Source: Candidatus Latescibacterota bacterium (GTDB lineage: Bacteria > Latescibacterota > UBA2968 > UBA8231). From it: a stretch of DNA of 64,000 bases. This document shows, piece by piece, positions 19,014 to 29,243 of this stretch. Under the pieces are notes generated by a model. That model saw only the letters and a list, made by a program, of their open reading frames with translations. It ran no database searches and was not told the origin of the DNA. The DNA lies in contig OY730476.1 of the NCBI GenBank assembly GCA_963422735.1, positions 4,800,001-4,864,000 on the forward strand. The letters are read 5' to 3'. The number at the start of each line of letters is the position of its first letter. Positions within the stretch are counted from its first letter, which is position 1. The position numbers and the translations under genes are program-made.

Positions 19014-20957
19014 ATGCCCGATAATTTCACTTATCGCTCGCTTGCTTTTGGGGCCCTGCTGTCGCTGGCGATCAACGTGTTTTTCGCGTATGCGCGGCTG
19101 GCGATGGCCACTGCGGGCATGTCCTCGGATTACATCACCGCCGGAGCGGTATTCCTGTTCTTCCTGGTGGTGGCTTTTGTCAATCCCACGCTCAAGCTGA
19201 TTCGCCGTGCTTGGGGCTTTAACCGCTCCGAGCTGATCGTCATCTACGCGATGATGATCATTGGTTCGGCCATCCCCACGTGGGGCTTTACGGGCAATTT
19301 GATCGCCATGTTGCCCAATATCTACTACTATGCCACTCCCGAGAACAACTGGTCGGAGCTGCTGCACCCTTATGTCCGCGAGTGGATGGTGCCGCAGGAC
19401 CCAGACGCGATCAAGTACTTCTTCGAGGGCCTGCCCAAAGGGCAGCCCATCCCCTGGAAACACTGGATGGTGCCACTTGCGGCTTGGGTCTCGTTTATTC
19501 TGTCGATTTACCTGATGATGATCGCCATCGCGTCGATCGTCCGCCGCCAGTGGGTTGACTACGACCGCTTGACCTTTCCGCTGTTGCAGCTGCCTATCGA
19601 CCTGACCGAAGAAGGCAAGAGCGGGTCCATCGTCGGGCCGCTGTTCAAAAGGCCGCTTTTGTGGATCGGGTTCGCGCTGCCCTTTGTGCTGCATAGCACT
19701 AACGCCTTAAACCACTATTTCCCCTTCATCCCGGCGGTGCAGTTGCGCAACAGCATCTCGTTGTTTAACCACGCGCTGGGGCTGACGACCAATGTGAACT
19801 TCGCCGCGCTGGGGCTGGCGTATTTTTTGAGCTTAGACGTGGGGTTGAGCATCTGGCTCTTCCACTTATTGACCAAAGCGCAGATCACCACCGAAAACGT
19901 CCTCGGCTATTCGCTGCCCGGCCGCCGCGACCTGTTTATGGAAGGTTCGATGTCGGTGTCCTACGAAGGGATGGGGGCCATGCTGGTGCTGGTAATCTAC
20001 GGACTGTGGAACAGCCGCGGCTATCTACGGCGGGTCTGGCGCAAGGCTCTGTACAACGAGGGCGAGTTGGACGATTCGCAGGAGATTCTCTCGTACCGGG
20101 CGGCACTCATCGTCTTGGTCCTGGCCAGTGCGTATGCCACCGGCTGGCTGACCCTATCGGGCGTGCCGTGGTGGGTCTCGCTGTTTTTTCTTTTAGTGGC
20201 CTTCTGCATCTTTTACGGGCTGACGCGGATCGTCGCCGAAGGGGGGTTGGGTTTTGCACGGGCGCAGATGACGGCGCAGCCGTTTGTGATTGACGCGGTG
20301 GGCACGGAGGCGATTGGTCCGTCGGGGCTGGTGAGCTTGGGGATGACCTTTAGCTGGGCGGGCGATCTGCGGACTATGGTGATGGCCTCGGCGATCAATG
20401 GTCTCAAGCTCGCCGATATTGGCCAAGTGCGGGGACGGCCGCTGTTTTGGGCGCTGATGCTCTCGATTGTGGTCGGCTTGGCTGGTTCGGTGTGGATGGT
20501 GGTGTGGATGGGATACCAGTACGGGGGCATCAATTTGGACTGGTGGTTCTACAACCGCTTCGGCGAAATAGTCCACGGCGACTCGGCCTACAAGATCGCC
20601 AACCCGAGGCATCCCCTTGGCGACTTCGACGAGATCGGGCCGCGCTTTCTGTTTGCGGGGATCGGCGCGGGGATCATGGGGCTGTTGATGTACGCCCGGC
20701 ATCACTTTCTGTGGTGGCCGGTGCATTACCTCGGCTTCCCCATCGGCGCGACCCTGACGATCATCTGGACGTGGTTCAGCATTTTCATCGGCTGGATTCT
20801 CAAGGCGCTGGTGCTCAAATACGGGGGCGCAACGCTCTATCGGCAGCTACGGCCGCTGTTTTTGGGGTTTATTTTGGGGCATATTTTCGTCTCGGGATTC
20901 TGGGTGCTCTTCGATTATATCACCGGGGAGACCGGCAACCGGATTCCGATTTTTTGA
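19014..20957 (+). CDS. Polytopic membrane protein, DUF6785/DUF6784-type (paralog 1)
   Basis: Many TM segments. YYATPENNW, RRQWVDYDRLTFPLLQLP, WWPVHYLGF, LKYGG..LY...PLFLG. Confidence 0.8.
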   Translation: MPDNFTYRSLAFGALLSLAINVFFAYARLAMATAGMSSDYITAGAVFLFFLVVAFVNPTLKLIRRAWGFNRSELIVIYAMMIIGSAIPTWGFTGNLIAMLPNIYYYATPENNWSELLHPYVREWMVPQDPDAIKYFFEGLPKGQPIPWKHWMVPLAAWVSFILSIYLMMIAIASIVRRQWVDYDRLTFPLLQLPIDLTEEGKSGSIVGPLFKRPLLWIGFALPFVLHSTNALNHYFPFIPAVQLRNSISLFNHALGLTTNVNFAALGLAYFLSLDVGLSIWLFHLLTKAQITTENVLGYSLPGRRDLFMEGSMSVSYEGMGAMLVLVIYGLWNSRGYLRRVWRKALYNEGELDDSQEILSYRAALIVLVLASAYATGWLTLSGVPWWVSLFFLLVAFCIFYGLTRIVAEGGLGFARAQMTAQPFVIDAVGTEAIGPSGLVSLGMTFSWAGDLRTMVMASAINGLKLADIGQVRGRPLFWALMLSIVVGLAGSVWMVVWMGYQYGGINLDWWFYNRFGEIVHGDSAYKIANPRHPLGDFDEIGPRFLFAGIGAGIMGLLMYARHHFLWWPVHYLGFPIGATLTIIWTWFSIFIGWILKALVLKYGGATLYRQLRPLFLGFILGHIFVSGFWVLFDYITGETGNRIPIF

Positions 20958-20970
20958 GGAGGAAAGACTC

Positions 20971-21999
20971 ATGCGAGCAGGCGACAGAGAAAAAATTGGG
21001 CCGCACGGCTTGGAGGTAACGCGCTTGGGGCTGGGCGGCACGACCTTTGGCAACATGTACTCGGTGCTAAGCGAGCAGGAGGGGCTGGACGTGCTAGACG
21101 CGGCCTTTGCAGCCGGGGTGCGCTACTTTGATACCGCGCCGCTGTATGGCTACGGCCTGAGCGAGACGCGCTTGGGGCCGGGGCTGGCGCGCTACAACCG
21201 CGACGAGATGGTCCTTTCCTCGAAAGTGGGCTATGCGCTTGTGGAGCGGCAGCCCGGCGACGACTATGTCGATCTCTTCGTCGATGCGCCCGAGATGACC
21301 AGCTATTTCGACTTCTCGTGCGACGCGGTGCTGCGCTCGATTGAGGGGAGTTTAGCGCGACTCAAAATGGATCGCCTCGATATGGTGCTGATTCACGACC
21401 CGGACGAGGCGAGGAGCATTGAGCCGGATTGGACGCCGGGCGAGCGGGGGTTTTTCGACCAAGTGATGGCCGAAGCCTATCCCGCGCTCGACGAGCTGCG
21501 CCAGCAGCAGGTAGTCAAGGCCATTGGCTTGGGCATGAACCAGTGGCAGATGCTGGCCGACTTCGCCCGCGCCGGGGATTTCGACGCTTTTTTGCTAGCC
21601 GGCCGCTATACGCTGCTAGAGCAGGAACCGCTGCGCGAACTGTTGCCGCTGTGCTTGGAGAAGGGGGTGCGGATCGTCGTCGGCGGGCCGTACAACTCGG
21701 GGATTTTGGCTACTGGGGCGGTGGAGGGTGCGTATTACAACTACGCGCCAGCACCGGAAGATGTGCAGTCCAAGGTGCGCCGCATTGAGGCGGTCTGCGC
21801 TCGGCACGAGGTGCCTTTGCCGGCCGCAGCGCTGCAATTTCCCTTTGGGCATCCGGCGGTGGCAACCGTCATTCCCGGGGCGCGGACCGTCGCGGAAGTC
21901 GCCACCAATGTGGTCTGCCTAGAGTGCGCGATTCCCGCCGACTGCTGGGCCGAACTCAAGCAGGAAAGGCTGATTGTCGCCGAGGCTCCAACGCCTTAG
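20971..21999 (+). CDS. Aldo/keto reductase (D-threo-aldose/L-fucose dehydrogenase-like)
   Basis: YFDTAPLYGYGLSE, LSSKVG, LIHDPD, LAGRYTLLEQ, GGPYNSGILA. Confidence 0.92.
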   Translation: MRAGDREKIGPHGLEVTRLGLGGTTFGNMYSVLSEQEGLDVLDAAFAAGVRYFDTAPLYGYGLSETRLGPGLARYNRDEMVLSSKVGYALVERQPGDDYVDLFVDAPEMTSYFDFSCDAVLRSIEGSLARLKMDRLDMVLIHDPDEARSIEPDWTPGERGFFDQVMAEAYPALDELRQQQVVKAIGLGMNQWQMLADFARAGDFDAFLLAGRYTLLEQEPLRELLPLCLEKGVRIVVGGPYNSGILATGAVEGAYYNYAPAPEDVQSKVRRIEAVCARHEVPLPAAALQFPFGHPAVATVIPGARTVAEVATNVVCLECAIPADCWAELKQERLIVAEAPTP

Positions 22000-22058
22000 G
22001 CCCCGATGCGAGCTATCCCCTTTTGGCCAACCTATATTCACGATGAGGAGTAATCACA

Positions 22059-24542
22059 ATGTCCAATTGGCCGATGCTCAAGCACTACGATCGGGATCAT
22101 CTCGCCAGCATTGCCATGCCCATTGGCGGCATTGGCACGGGCACAATTTCACTGGGCGGCCGCGGGGATTTGCGCGACTGGGAACTGATGAACCGCCCGG
22201 CCAAGGGATTTGTCCCAAGGCGCAATGGGGGCCAAGGAGATGGGCCGTTTTTTGCCCTGTACGCCAAACCCGCTGGCGGCCCATCCGTCACCCGTGCGCT
22301 CGAAGGGCCGGTGGATGTATCCGAATACCAAGGTGCGCGCGGCAGTGTGGCGGTCAATCACGGCTTGCCGCGCTTTGCACAATGTGCGTTTGCAGCGGCC
22401 TATCCACTTGCACAGGTCCATCTGTTCGATCCGCACGTTCCGGTCGCGGTTTGTCTCGAAGCGTTTAACCCGCTCATCCCCGCCAACGCAGATGACAGCG
22501 GCATCCCTATCGCGGTGCTGCGCTATAGGCTCACCAATCGGACCAACAAGCGCGTCGCGGCCTCGGTGTGCGGCTCGTTGCCCAATTTCATTGGCAACGA
22601 TGGTGTGGAAGAGTTGGCCCGGGCCAATCGCAATCGCTTTCGCAAGGCAACCCACTGTCAGGGCATTTTCATGGACAGCGAAGGAGTTGATCCCACCGCC
22701 ATTAGTTATGGCACGATGGCCCTGACCACCGCGAACAAAACTGGTATTACCTATCGCACGGCTTGGAAAAAAGCCGGGTGGGGCACGTCTCTGCTCGACT
22801 TTTGGGACGACTTTGCCGCCGATGGTCGGGTGGAAGAGCGCTCCGGCGAAGGAGCCGACATGCCGAGTGCCTCGCTCGTGGTGCGCACCAACATTTTGCC
22901 CAAGGCACACAAGACCATCACCTTCTTGCTTGCGTGGCACTTTCCCAATCGGCACACGTGGTCGCCGGACGACGACCCCTACATTGGCAACTACTATGCG
23001 ACGCACTATCGCGATGCGTGGGATGTGGCCTGCAAAACCGCGCCGCGGCTCAAAAAGCTTGAACAACAGACCATGCGCTTTGTCCAAGCCTTCGCGGCAA
23101 GCGACCTGCCCGAGGTAGTCAAGGAAGCCGCCCTTTTCAATCTCAGCACCCTGCGTACGCAAACGTGCTTCCGCACCCCCGATGGACGTTTATTTGGCTG
23201 GGAAGGATACGACGATCACAGCGGCTGCTGCATGGGCTCCTGTACGCATGTGTGGAATTACGAACAAAGTACGGCGTTTCTCTTTGGCGATCTGGCCCGC
23301 ACGATGCGCGATACCGAATTCAATCGCGCCACCGACGACAAAGGCATGATGAACTTTCGCGTCCATCTGCCCCTCAGTCGCGCCCAAGAATTTGGCAAAG
23401 CGGCTGCCGACGGCCAGATGGGCTGTATTATGAAAGCCTATCGCGACTGGCAGCTTTGCGGCGACGATGCCTTCCTACAATCGATTTGGGCAAAGGTCAA
23501 AAAGGCCCTTGAATTTTGCTGGATCGAAGGGGGGTGGGACGGCGATGGCGACGGTGTTATGGAGGGCTGTCAGCACAATACCATGGATGTCGAATACTAC
23601 GGCCCTAATCCACAAATGGGGATATGGTATCTGGGGGCTTTGCGCGCCGGCGAGGAAATGGCGGCCCATCTGGGCGAATCCGACTTTGCCCAAACCTGCC
23701 GTCGGCTCTACCAGAGTGGCCGCGCCTACATAGACGAGCAATTGTTCAATGGCGAATACTACGAGCATCGCATTGAGCCACCCAAAAAAGTGGCCGCATC
23801 GCTGCGGCTGGGTATGGGCGCGGCGGAGCTCTCCGATCCAGATTACCAACTCGGCAGCGGTTGTCTGGTAGATCAACTCGTTGGCCAGTTTTTCGCCCAC
23901 GTCTGCGGCTTGGGCTATCTGACCAAACGCGCCCACGTGCGCCAAACCCTCAAGAGCATCCGCAAGTACAACCACCGCAAGAAGCTGACTGATCACTTCA
24001 ACTGCATGCGCTCTTATGCCTTGGGCGATGAATCGGCCTTGCTCATGGCGAGCTATCCCTACGAGCGGCCCGACAACCCATTTCCCTATTTCGCGGAAGT
24101 GATGACCGGGTTTGAATACACTGCGGCCATTGGCATGCTCTACGAGGGGCAGCTCAAAAACGGTCTGCAAACCATGCGCGACATTCGCAATCGCTACGAT
24201 GGGGCGAAACGCAGTCCCTTTGACGAAGCCGAATGCGGCCATCACTACGTGCGTGCCATGGTTGCTTGGGCCGGGGTGCTCGCGCTGACGGGATTTAATT
24301 ATTCGGGGGTTACAAAGTCCATCGCCTTTGCCGCAAAGCCCGGGACCTTTTTCTGGTCAAATGGTGCTGCTTGGGGCACGGTGTGCATTGCCCAACGCCA
24401 GGCGGACTATCGCATTGCCTTGGATGTTTTGTATGGGCAGATCAAAATTAAGCACTTTAGGCTGACCGGCGTGGGCGAGCACACCTTTGACCGGGAGCTC
24501 GCGCTGCGCGAGAATAGCCAACGGACCTTTGTCGTGGGGTGA
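22059..24542 (+). CDS. GH116 family glycoside hydrolase (non-lysosomal glucosylceramidase-like)
   Basis: MPIGGIGTGTISLGGRG, GWEG...GCCMGSCTHVWNY, AADGQMG, QHNTMDVE, DQLVGQ, EVMTGFEY, EAECGHHY. Confidence 0.92.
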   Translation: MSNWPMLKHYDRDHLASIAMPIGGIGTGTISLGGRGDLRDWELMNRPAKGFVPRRNGGQGDGPFFALYAKPAGGPSVTRALEGPVDVSEYQGARGSVAVNHGLPRFAQCAFAAAYPLAQVHLFDPHVPVAVCLEAFNPLIPANADDSGIPIAVLRYRLTNRTNKRVAASVCGSLPNFIGNDGVEELARANRNRFRKATHCQGIFMDSEGVDPTAISYGTMALTTANKTGITYRTAWKKAGWGTSLLDFWDDFAADGRVEERSGEGADMPSASLVVRTNILPKAHKTITFLLAWHFPNRHTWSPDDDPYIGNYYATHYRDAWDVACKTAPRLKKLEQQTMRFVQAFAASDLPEVVKEAALFNLSTLRTQTCFRTPDGRLFGWEGYDDHSGCCMGSCTHVWNYEQSTAFLFGDLARTMRDTEFNRATDDKGMMNFRVHLPLSRAQEFGKAAADGQMGCIMKAYRDWQLCGDDAFLQSIWAKVKKALEFCWIEGGWDGDGDGVMEGCQHNTMDVEYYGPNPQMGIWYLGALRAGEEMAAHLGESDFAQTCRRLYQSGRAYIDEQLFNGEYYEHRIEPPKKVAASLRLGMGAAELSDPDYQLGSGCLVDQLVGQFFAHVCGLGYLTKRAHVRQTLKSIRKYNHRKKLTDHFNCMRSYALGDESALLMASYPYERPDNPFPYFAEVMTGFEYTAAIGMLYEGQLKNGLQTMRDIRNRYDGAKRSPFDEAECGHHYVRAMVAWAGVLALTGFNYSGVTKSIAFAAKPGTFFWSNGAAWGTVCIAQRQADYRIALDVLYGQIKIKHFRLTGVGEHTFDRELALRENSQRTFVVG

Positions 24543-24651
24543 CGGCGCACAGAACGCGGCGTACCCGACCCAGCTTCGTGGGGCACGGACGGCCTCTGCC
24601 GTCTCGCTGATAGAGCGATCACCCCCTTTATCCCTGCAAGGAGCAATCGAC

Positions 24652-25443
24652 ATGAACGCACCGGACATTATCTTGGCCTCGGGCCACGCTATTCCGCAAT
24701 TGGGGTTGGGCACTTGGATGTTGCGCGGTCAACAGTGTCAAGCCGTGGTCAAAGAGGCGCTCGAACTGGGCTATACGCATTTGGATTCGGCTTGGATGTA
24801 CCAGAATCAGGATGCCATTGGCCAAGCCCTCAAGGAGGTCGGAGCCGACCGCGACCGCCTCTTCATTACCTCCAAAATCTGGCATTCACACTTGGAGTAC
24901 GAAGCGACCTTGGAGCAGATGGAGGAGATTCTACGCGATCTGCAGACCGAATACGTCGATCTCCTACTCATCCATCACCCCGGGCAGGGCGTACCGGTGG
25001 AGCGCACCTTAGCCGCTTTTGAAAAAATCTACGAGGCCGGACAGGCCAAGAGCATTGGCCTCAGCAATTTCAGCATGGAGCAAACCGATCGCGCACGGGC
25101 CGCCACCAGCTTGCCGATATGCACCAATCAGGTGGAGTACCACCTGCGCCACAAGCGCGAGCGACTGCGGCGCCATTGCCACACCCACAACGTGGTGCTG
25201 ACGGCGCACCGCCCGCTGGCCCAAGGCGAACTAGCGCAGGATGAGGCCCTAAAACAGGTGGCCGCCGAGCACGGCAAGAGCATGCCCCAAGTGGCTTTGA
25301 AGTGGCTTTTGCAAAAGGATATGATCGTCATCCCCAAGGCCAGTTCAACAGCTCATTTGCGCGCCAATCTGGATTTGTTCGACTGGCAGTTGGGATCTGA
25401 GGAAATGGCGCGTCTCGATGGGGTGGGTGCCGATCCGGATTAG
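24652..25443 (+). CDS. Aldo/keto reductase (2,5-diketo-D-gluconate reductase-like)
   Basis: Start ATG 24652 after AAGGAG. IPQLGLGTW, LFITSKIW, DLLLIHHP, IGLSNF, NQVEYH, IPKAS. Confidence 0.92.
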   Translation: MNAPDIILASGHAIPQLGLGTWMLRGQQCQAVVKEALELGYTHLDSAWMYQNQDAIGQALKEVGADRDRLFITSKIWHSHLEYEATLEQMEEILRDLQTEYVDLLLIHHPGQGVPVERTLAAFEKIYEAGQAKSIGLSNFSMEQTDRARAATSLPICTNQVEYHLRHKRERLRRHCHTHNVVLTAHRPLAQGELAQDEALKQVAAEHGKSMPQVALKWLLQKDMIVIPKASSTAHLRANLDLFDWQLGSEEMARLDGVGADPD

Positions 25444-25466
25444 GTCTTACAGCTATTGTTTCAGTA

Positions 25467-27374
25467 TCAATAATAGTAAAACGCATAGACCAGCGCGGCA
25501 CTGCCAATGCCGACGCAGGTACCTAAGATCAGGCCAATAAAAAAGGGCAGCAGGGTGCGGTAGAGTCGGATGCCACCGTAGCGCAGGGCTAGGAGTTTGA
25601 TCAGCCAGGCCAAGAAAATCCCGAACCAGTCGATGGAGACGGTGTTGGTCAGGGCGATGCCTAGCCCCACTGGATGCAAGGGCCAGCCGGCGAAGCGGTA
25701 CTGGGCTAGCGAGAGCAACCCGGCGAGGCCAGCGCCGATGGCGAGGAACACGGCCACCAGCGGCTCGGCCGGGTTGGGATTGTCGATCGAATTGGCGACC
25801 CAAGACCAGTGGTATTGCGGCGAGATAACGAAGTACCAGCGATAGCCGTGGATCAGCCCGTGGCGGTAGCCCAGCCATATATAGCAGACCATGGTAGTTA
25901 TGAGGCCGACGATCATGGCGGCGGACAAAAAGAACACTAGCTTGCGCCCGCTGATCTTGAGCCGGGCCGGCTCGCAGACCTTGAAGGCGTGGGCGAGGGT
26001 GCCCATCAGAAAGAGCTGCAAGTCGGCCGTCCAGACCATGCTCAGCCCCATTGCGCTCAGTCCTTGGGCACCAAAAGGGGCGGTGCCCACGAGATTGGTC
26101 AAAATCGGCGGCACGGAGACCGGAGCGCGCAGCCGGCCGATCCCGGTCTGGGCCAACAAGCGGGCAATGCCAAAGAAAATCACCAGCGCGACCAGCAAGA
26201 AGACGATGCTCCAGACCAAACTCAGGCCGCTGGCCCAGAGGAAGCCGCTCATGTACGCCAGCCCAACAAGCCCGAGCACAGCGGCGGTGCGCGGCGAGAT
26301 CGGGTTGTCGCAGTCTGGGGCACCGTCGATGATCAGCCGCCACTGGCGACGGAGAAAATCGCGCGACATCCACAGCGAAATCCCGACGATGCAGGCGAGT
26401 GAGCCAATCTGCTGATGAGCCAGCAGGACGTTGGTTGGTGCGTGGGGCTGGGCCGGCAGTGAGACGACGATGCCCAGCCAGTTGAGCAGTGCGCCTTCGG
26501 CGGCGATGATTATGTGAAAAAACCAGACGCTGAAAAGCACGTTGAGGCCAACCAGATAGCTCAAGCCCACGACCAACAGGTCGGTATTAAGCCCGTAACT
26601 AAGCCCGAATTGCCGGATCTCGATGCGACCGCCGGGAATGCCCAAGCCGTGGATGATCTCGATGTCTAATACTTGGTCGAGCATATTGACGGTCGGCAGC
26701 ATCGAGGCAATGAGAAATCCCAGCCACAACAGCTTGCTTTTGAGAATGGACGCGGTGGGGTTTTCCAAGGTCTCGATGAGCATGTTGGGGACGGCGGCGA
26801 GAGGATACACCAAGCGCTCTTGGCGCGACCACTGGCGGTGGACGAGGCTAATCAGCGCGATGCTGACCAAGAAGAAGGCCAGCATGAAGAGGCCCCACCA
26901 CAACAGCGGCCCGGCCCACAAGGCCCAAGGCACGGGCGCGGTGGCATCAGTTCCTTCAAAAAGCTGGCGGATCGCTTCGAGATCGCGGGGGACGGCCCAA
27001 TGGGGAATGTGCGGCCAAAGCAGGTCGGACCAGTTGTTTTCTGGGGTAGCGTAGTAAAAGACGCCGGCGATTAAAGGGATGAAGTAGCCGCCAAAGCCCA
27101 TTGAGGGCAGCACTACGGCGACCATTAGCGCGGCATAGACCAAGGCGAAATTGGCTGGCGAGAGGCGCAAGAGCGGGTGGAGCAGGCGCAGCGCGAGGGC
27201 GACGACCACGAGCCAGAAGATCAGGAAGATGACGCCGATGGTGTTGAAGTGATCGGTCAGCCCTGTGTAGTTGCCATAGAGGACATAGGTCCGCACACTG
27301 GTAAAGGTCATGCAGACGGTAAAGACGAGGACGAGGACGAAGGAGAAACAGGTGCCGAGGAAGGACGAGCGCAT
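25467..27374 (-). CDS. Polytopic membrane protein, DUF6785/DUF6784-type (paralog 2)
   Basis: YYATPENNW, RQWSRQERLVYPL, WPLHPVG, LRYGG..LY..LLPFFIG. Confidence 0.8.
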   Translation of the reverse strand: MRSSFLGTCFSFVLVLVFTVCMTFTSVRTYVLYGNYTGLTDHFNTIGVIFLIFWLVVVALALRLLHPLLRLSPANFALVYAALMVAVVLPSMGFGGYFIPLIAGVFYYATPENNWSDLLWPHIPHWAVPRDLEAIRQLFEGTDATAPVPWALWAGPLLWWGLFMLAFFLVSIALISLVHRQWSRQERLVYPLAAVPNMLIETLENPTASILKSKLLWLGFLIASMLPTVNMLDQVLDIEIIHGLGIPGGRIEIRQFGLSYGLNTDLLVVGLSYLVGLNVLFSVWFFHIIIAAEGALLNWLGIVVSLPAQPHAPTNVLLAHQQIGSLACIVGISLWMSRDFLRRQWRLIIDGAPDCDNPISPRTAAVLGLVGLAYMSGFLWASGLSLVWSIVFLLVALVIFFGIARLLAQTGIGRLRAPVSVPPILTNLVGTAPFGAQGLSAMGLSMVWTADLQLFLMGTLAHAFKVCEPARLKISGRKLVFFLSAAMIVGLITTMVCYIWLGYRHGLIHGYRWYFVISPQYHWSWVANSIDNPNPAEPLVAVFLAIGAGLAGLLSLAQYRFAGWPLHPVGLGIALTNTVSIDWFGIFLAWLIKLLALRYGGIRLYRTLLPFFIGLILGTCVGIGSAALVYAFYYY

Positions 27375-27428
27375 AGTAGTCTATTGGTTAGTGGCCACTA
27401 ACGATACCATTCAGCAGATAGATACGCA

Positions 27429-29234
27429 ATGATCGCTGGGCTACAGGCCGGGCACTTGGGCTGGCTCGTCTTCGCCCTTGCTCTCGCCGTGCGGGTCGCC
27501 TACATCTTCGAGCTGGATGCGAGTCCGCTTTTTGTACATCCGGCGGTCGATGCCAAGACGTACACCTACCACGCCCAGCGCTTGGCTGCGGGCAACTGGT
27601 TGGGCATTGGCGAAGGGCCATTTTGGCAGCCGCCGCTCTACGCGTACTTCCTCGGGGCGGTGAAGGTTCTTTTTCCGGAGTCATTTTTTTACGCTGCGCG
27701 CTTTGTGCAAACGCTGCTAGGGGCGCTGGTCTGCGCGATGAGTTGGTGGATTGGGCGCTCTTTGTTCAATCCGGCGGTGGGGTTGCTGGCAGGGATCGGC
27801 GCGGCGCTGTGTGGGCCGCTGATTTTTTTTGACGGCGAACTGTTGCCGGCTTCATTAGCCGCCTTCGTGGATCTGCTGGCCTTGGTGGTGCTTTTGCGCG
27901 TCTGGCGTCGCCCGAGCCGTTGGGGCTTTTTGGGTGCTGGGGCGGCCTTTGGCGTCGGCGCATTGGCCGTGCCGACAGTGCTGACTTTTGCGGTCGCCGT
28001 GCCCATTGTCCTCCTGTGGGTCGCTCCCCGTCGGCAGGGCTTGGCTTGGGCTGGTGCTTTTGCACTGGGGGTAATTTTGGCTATCGCGCCGGTGGCTTGG
28101 CGCAACTGGGCCATCGGCGGCGATGGGGTGGGGATTTCCTACAACGCGGGGATCAACCTATACATCGGCAACAATCCCGACTATGCAGAGACCGTGGCCA
28201 TCCGCCCGGGGTGGGAATGGGACCATTTAGTCACCCAACCGGCGCGGAAGGGGATCGCGCGGCCCTCGGCTAAGTCCGCTTATTTCGCCGAGCGGGCCTC
28301 GGACTACATCCGGGGTGACCCGACTGCGTGGCTGGGGTTGATGGGGTACAAGTTAGGGGCGTTTTGGCACGGCGACGAGCGGGGGCGGAACCAGCCGATC
28401 TACTTCTGGCGCACGTACTCAAAGGTGCTGTCGGCGACCCTGTGGAAAGCAGGCATCGCCTTCCCCTTTGGCTTGGTGGCCCCCCTAGCGCTGTGGGGAA
28501 TGCTGCTGAGTCTGCGGCGGCTCGGGCCGACGTGGCCGCTGCTATACGTGCTGAGCTATTGTCTGGGAGTGGTCGCGTTTTTTGTGGCGGCGCGCTATCG
28601 AGTGCCAGTGCTGCCGGTAGTCATGGTATTTGCCGCCTACGGGTTGTGGGTGCTGTGGGCTTGGGGGCGGGCGAGCTGTTGGCGCAGCTTGGGGCTGGGG
28701 TTGGTTATCTGTGCGGCCTTTGCGTTTGCGGCCAACAGCCACCTAGCGCCAATGGACATGGAGGGGGACGCGGCGATCCACTACAATCTAGGCAATGCGT
28801 ATGCCAAAGCTGGCAACAAAGAGCGAGCACTGGCGGCGTTTGAGCGGGCGGTGGCCGAGGATCCCGAGTACTGGCAGGCGTGGTTAAATCTGGGTGGAGT
28901 TAAGGCTGCGCTGGGCGATCTCGCAGGCGGTGGGGAAATTTTTGCGCGCGTGGCGCAAAAGGCTCCCCGGCAAGTCGAGCCGTGGATGAACTTGGCGCAC
29001 GTGCGGATCGTGCAGCAAGACATAGAAGGGGCCTTTAGCTGCTATGAGTCCGCGCTTGCGGCCAATCCCAAGTTGCTACCAGCCTACGTGGAGATGATCC
29101 GCCTCTACGGGCAGATAGGTGATATAGCCCGGGCGGCGCATGTCCTTCAGCGAGCCGTCGATCACTTGCCCGCCGACCGCGACCGCTTGCGCCAGTTTTA
29201 CGAAGCGATACAACAGCGGGCGTTGGGCCGCTAA
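27429..29234 (+). CDS. GT-C fold (PMT/ArnT-like, GT39/83) membrane glycosyltransferase with C-terminal TPRs
   Basis: VDAKTY...PFWQPPLYAYFL, NAGINLYIGNNP, FFVAARYRVP, then TPRs (HYNLGNAY, AWLNLG). Confidence 0.82.
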   Translation: MIAGLQAGHLGWLVFALALAVRVAYIFELDASPLFVHPAVDAKTYTYHAQRLAAGNWLGIGEGPFWQPPLYAYFLGAVKVLFPESFFYAARFVQTLLGALVCAMSWWIGRSLFNPAVGLLAGIGAALCGPLIFFDGELLPASLAAFVDLLALVVLLRVWRRPSRWGFLGAGAAFGVGALAVPTVLTFAVAVPIVLLWVAPRRQGLAWAGAFALGVILAIAPVAWRNWAIGGDGVGISYNAGINLYIGNNPDYAETVAIRPGWEWDHLVTQPARKGIARPSAKSAYFAERASDYIRGDPTAWLGLMGYKLGAFWHGDERGRNQPIYFWRTYSKVLSATLWKAGIAFPFGLVAPLALWGMLLSLRRLGPTWPLLYVLSYCLGVVAFFVAARYRVPVLPVVMVFAAYGLWVLWAWGRASCWRSLGLGLVICAAFAFAANSHLAPMDMEGDAAIHYNLGNAYAKAGNKERALAAFERAVAEDPEYWQAWLNLGGVKAALGDLAGGGEIFARVAQKAPRQVEPWMNLAHVRIVQQDIEGAFSCYESALAANPKLLPAYVEMIRLYGQIGDIARAAHVLQRAVDHLPADRDRLRQFYEAIQQRALGR

Positions 29235-29243
29235 TGGACAAAA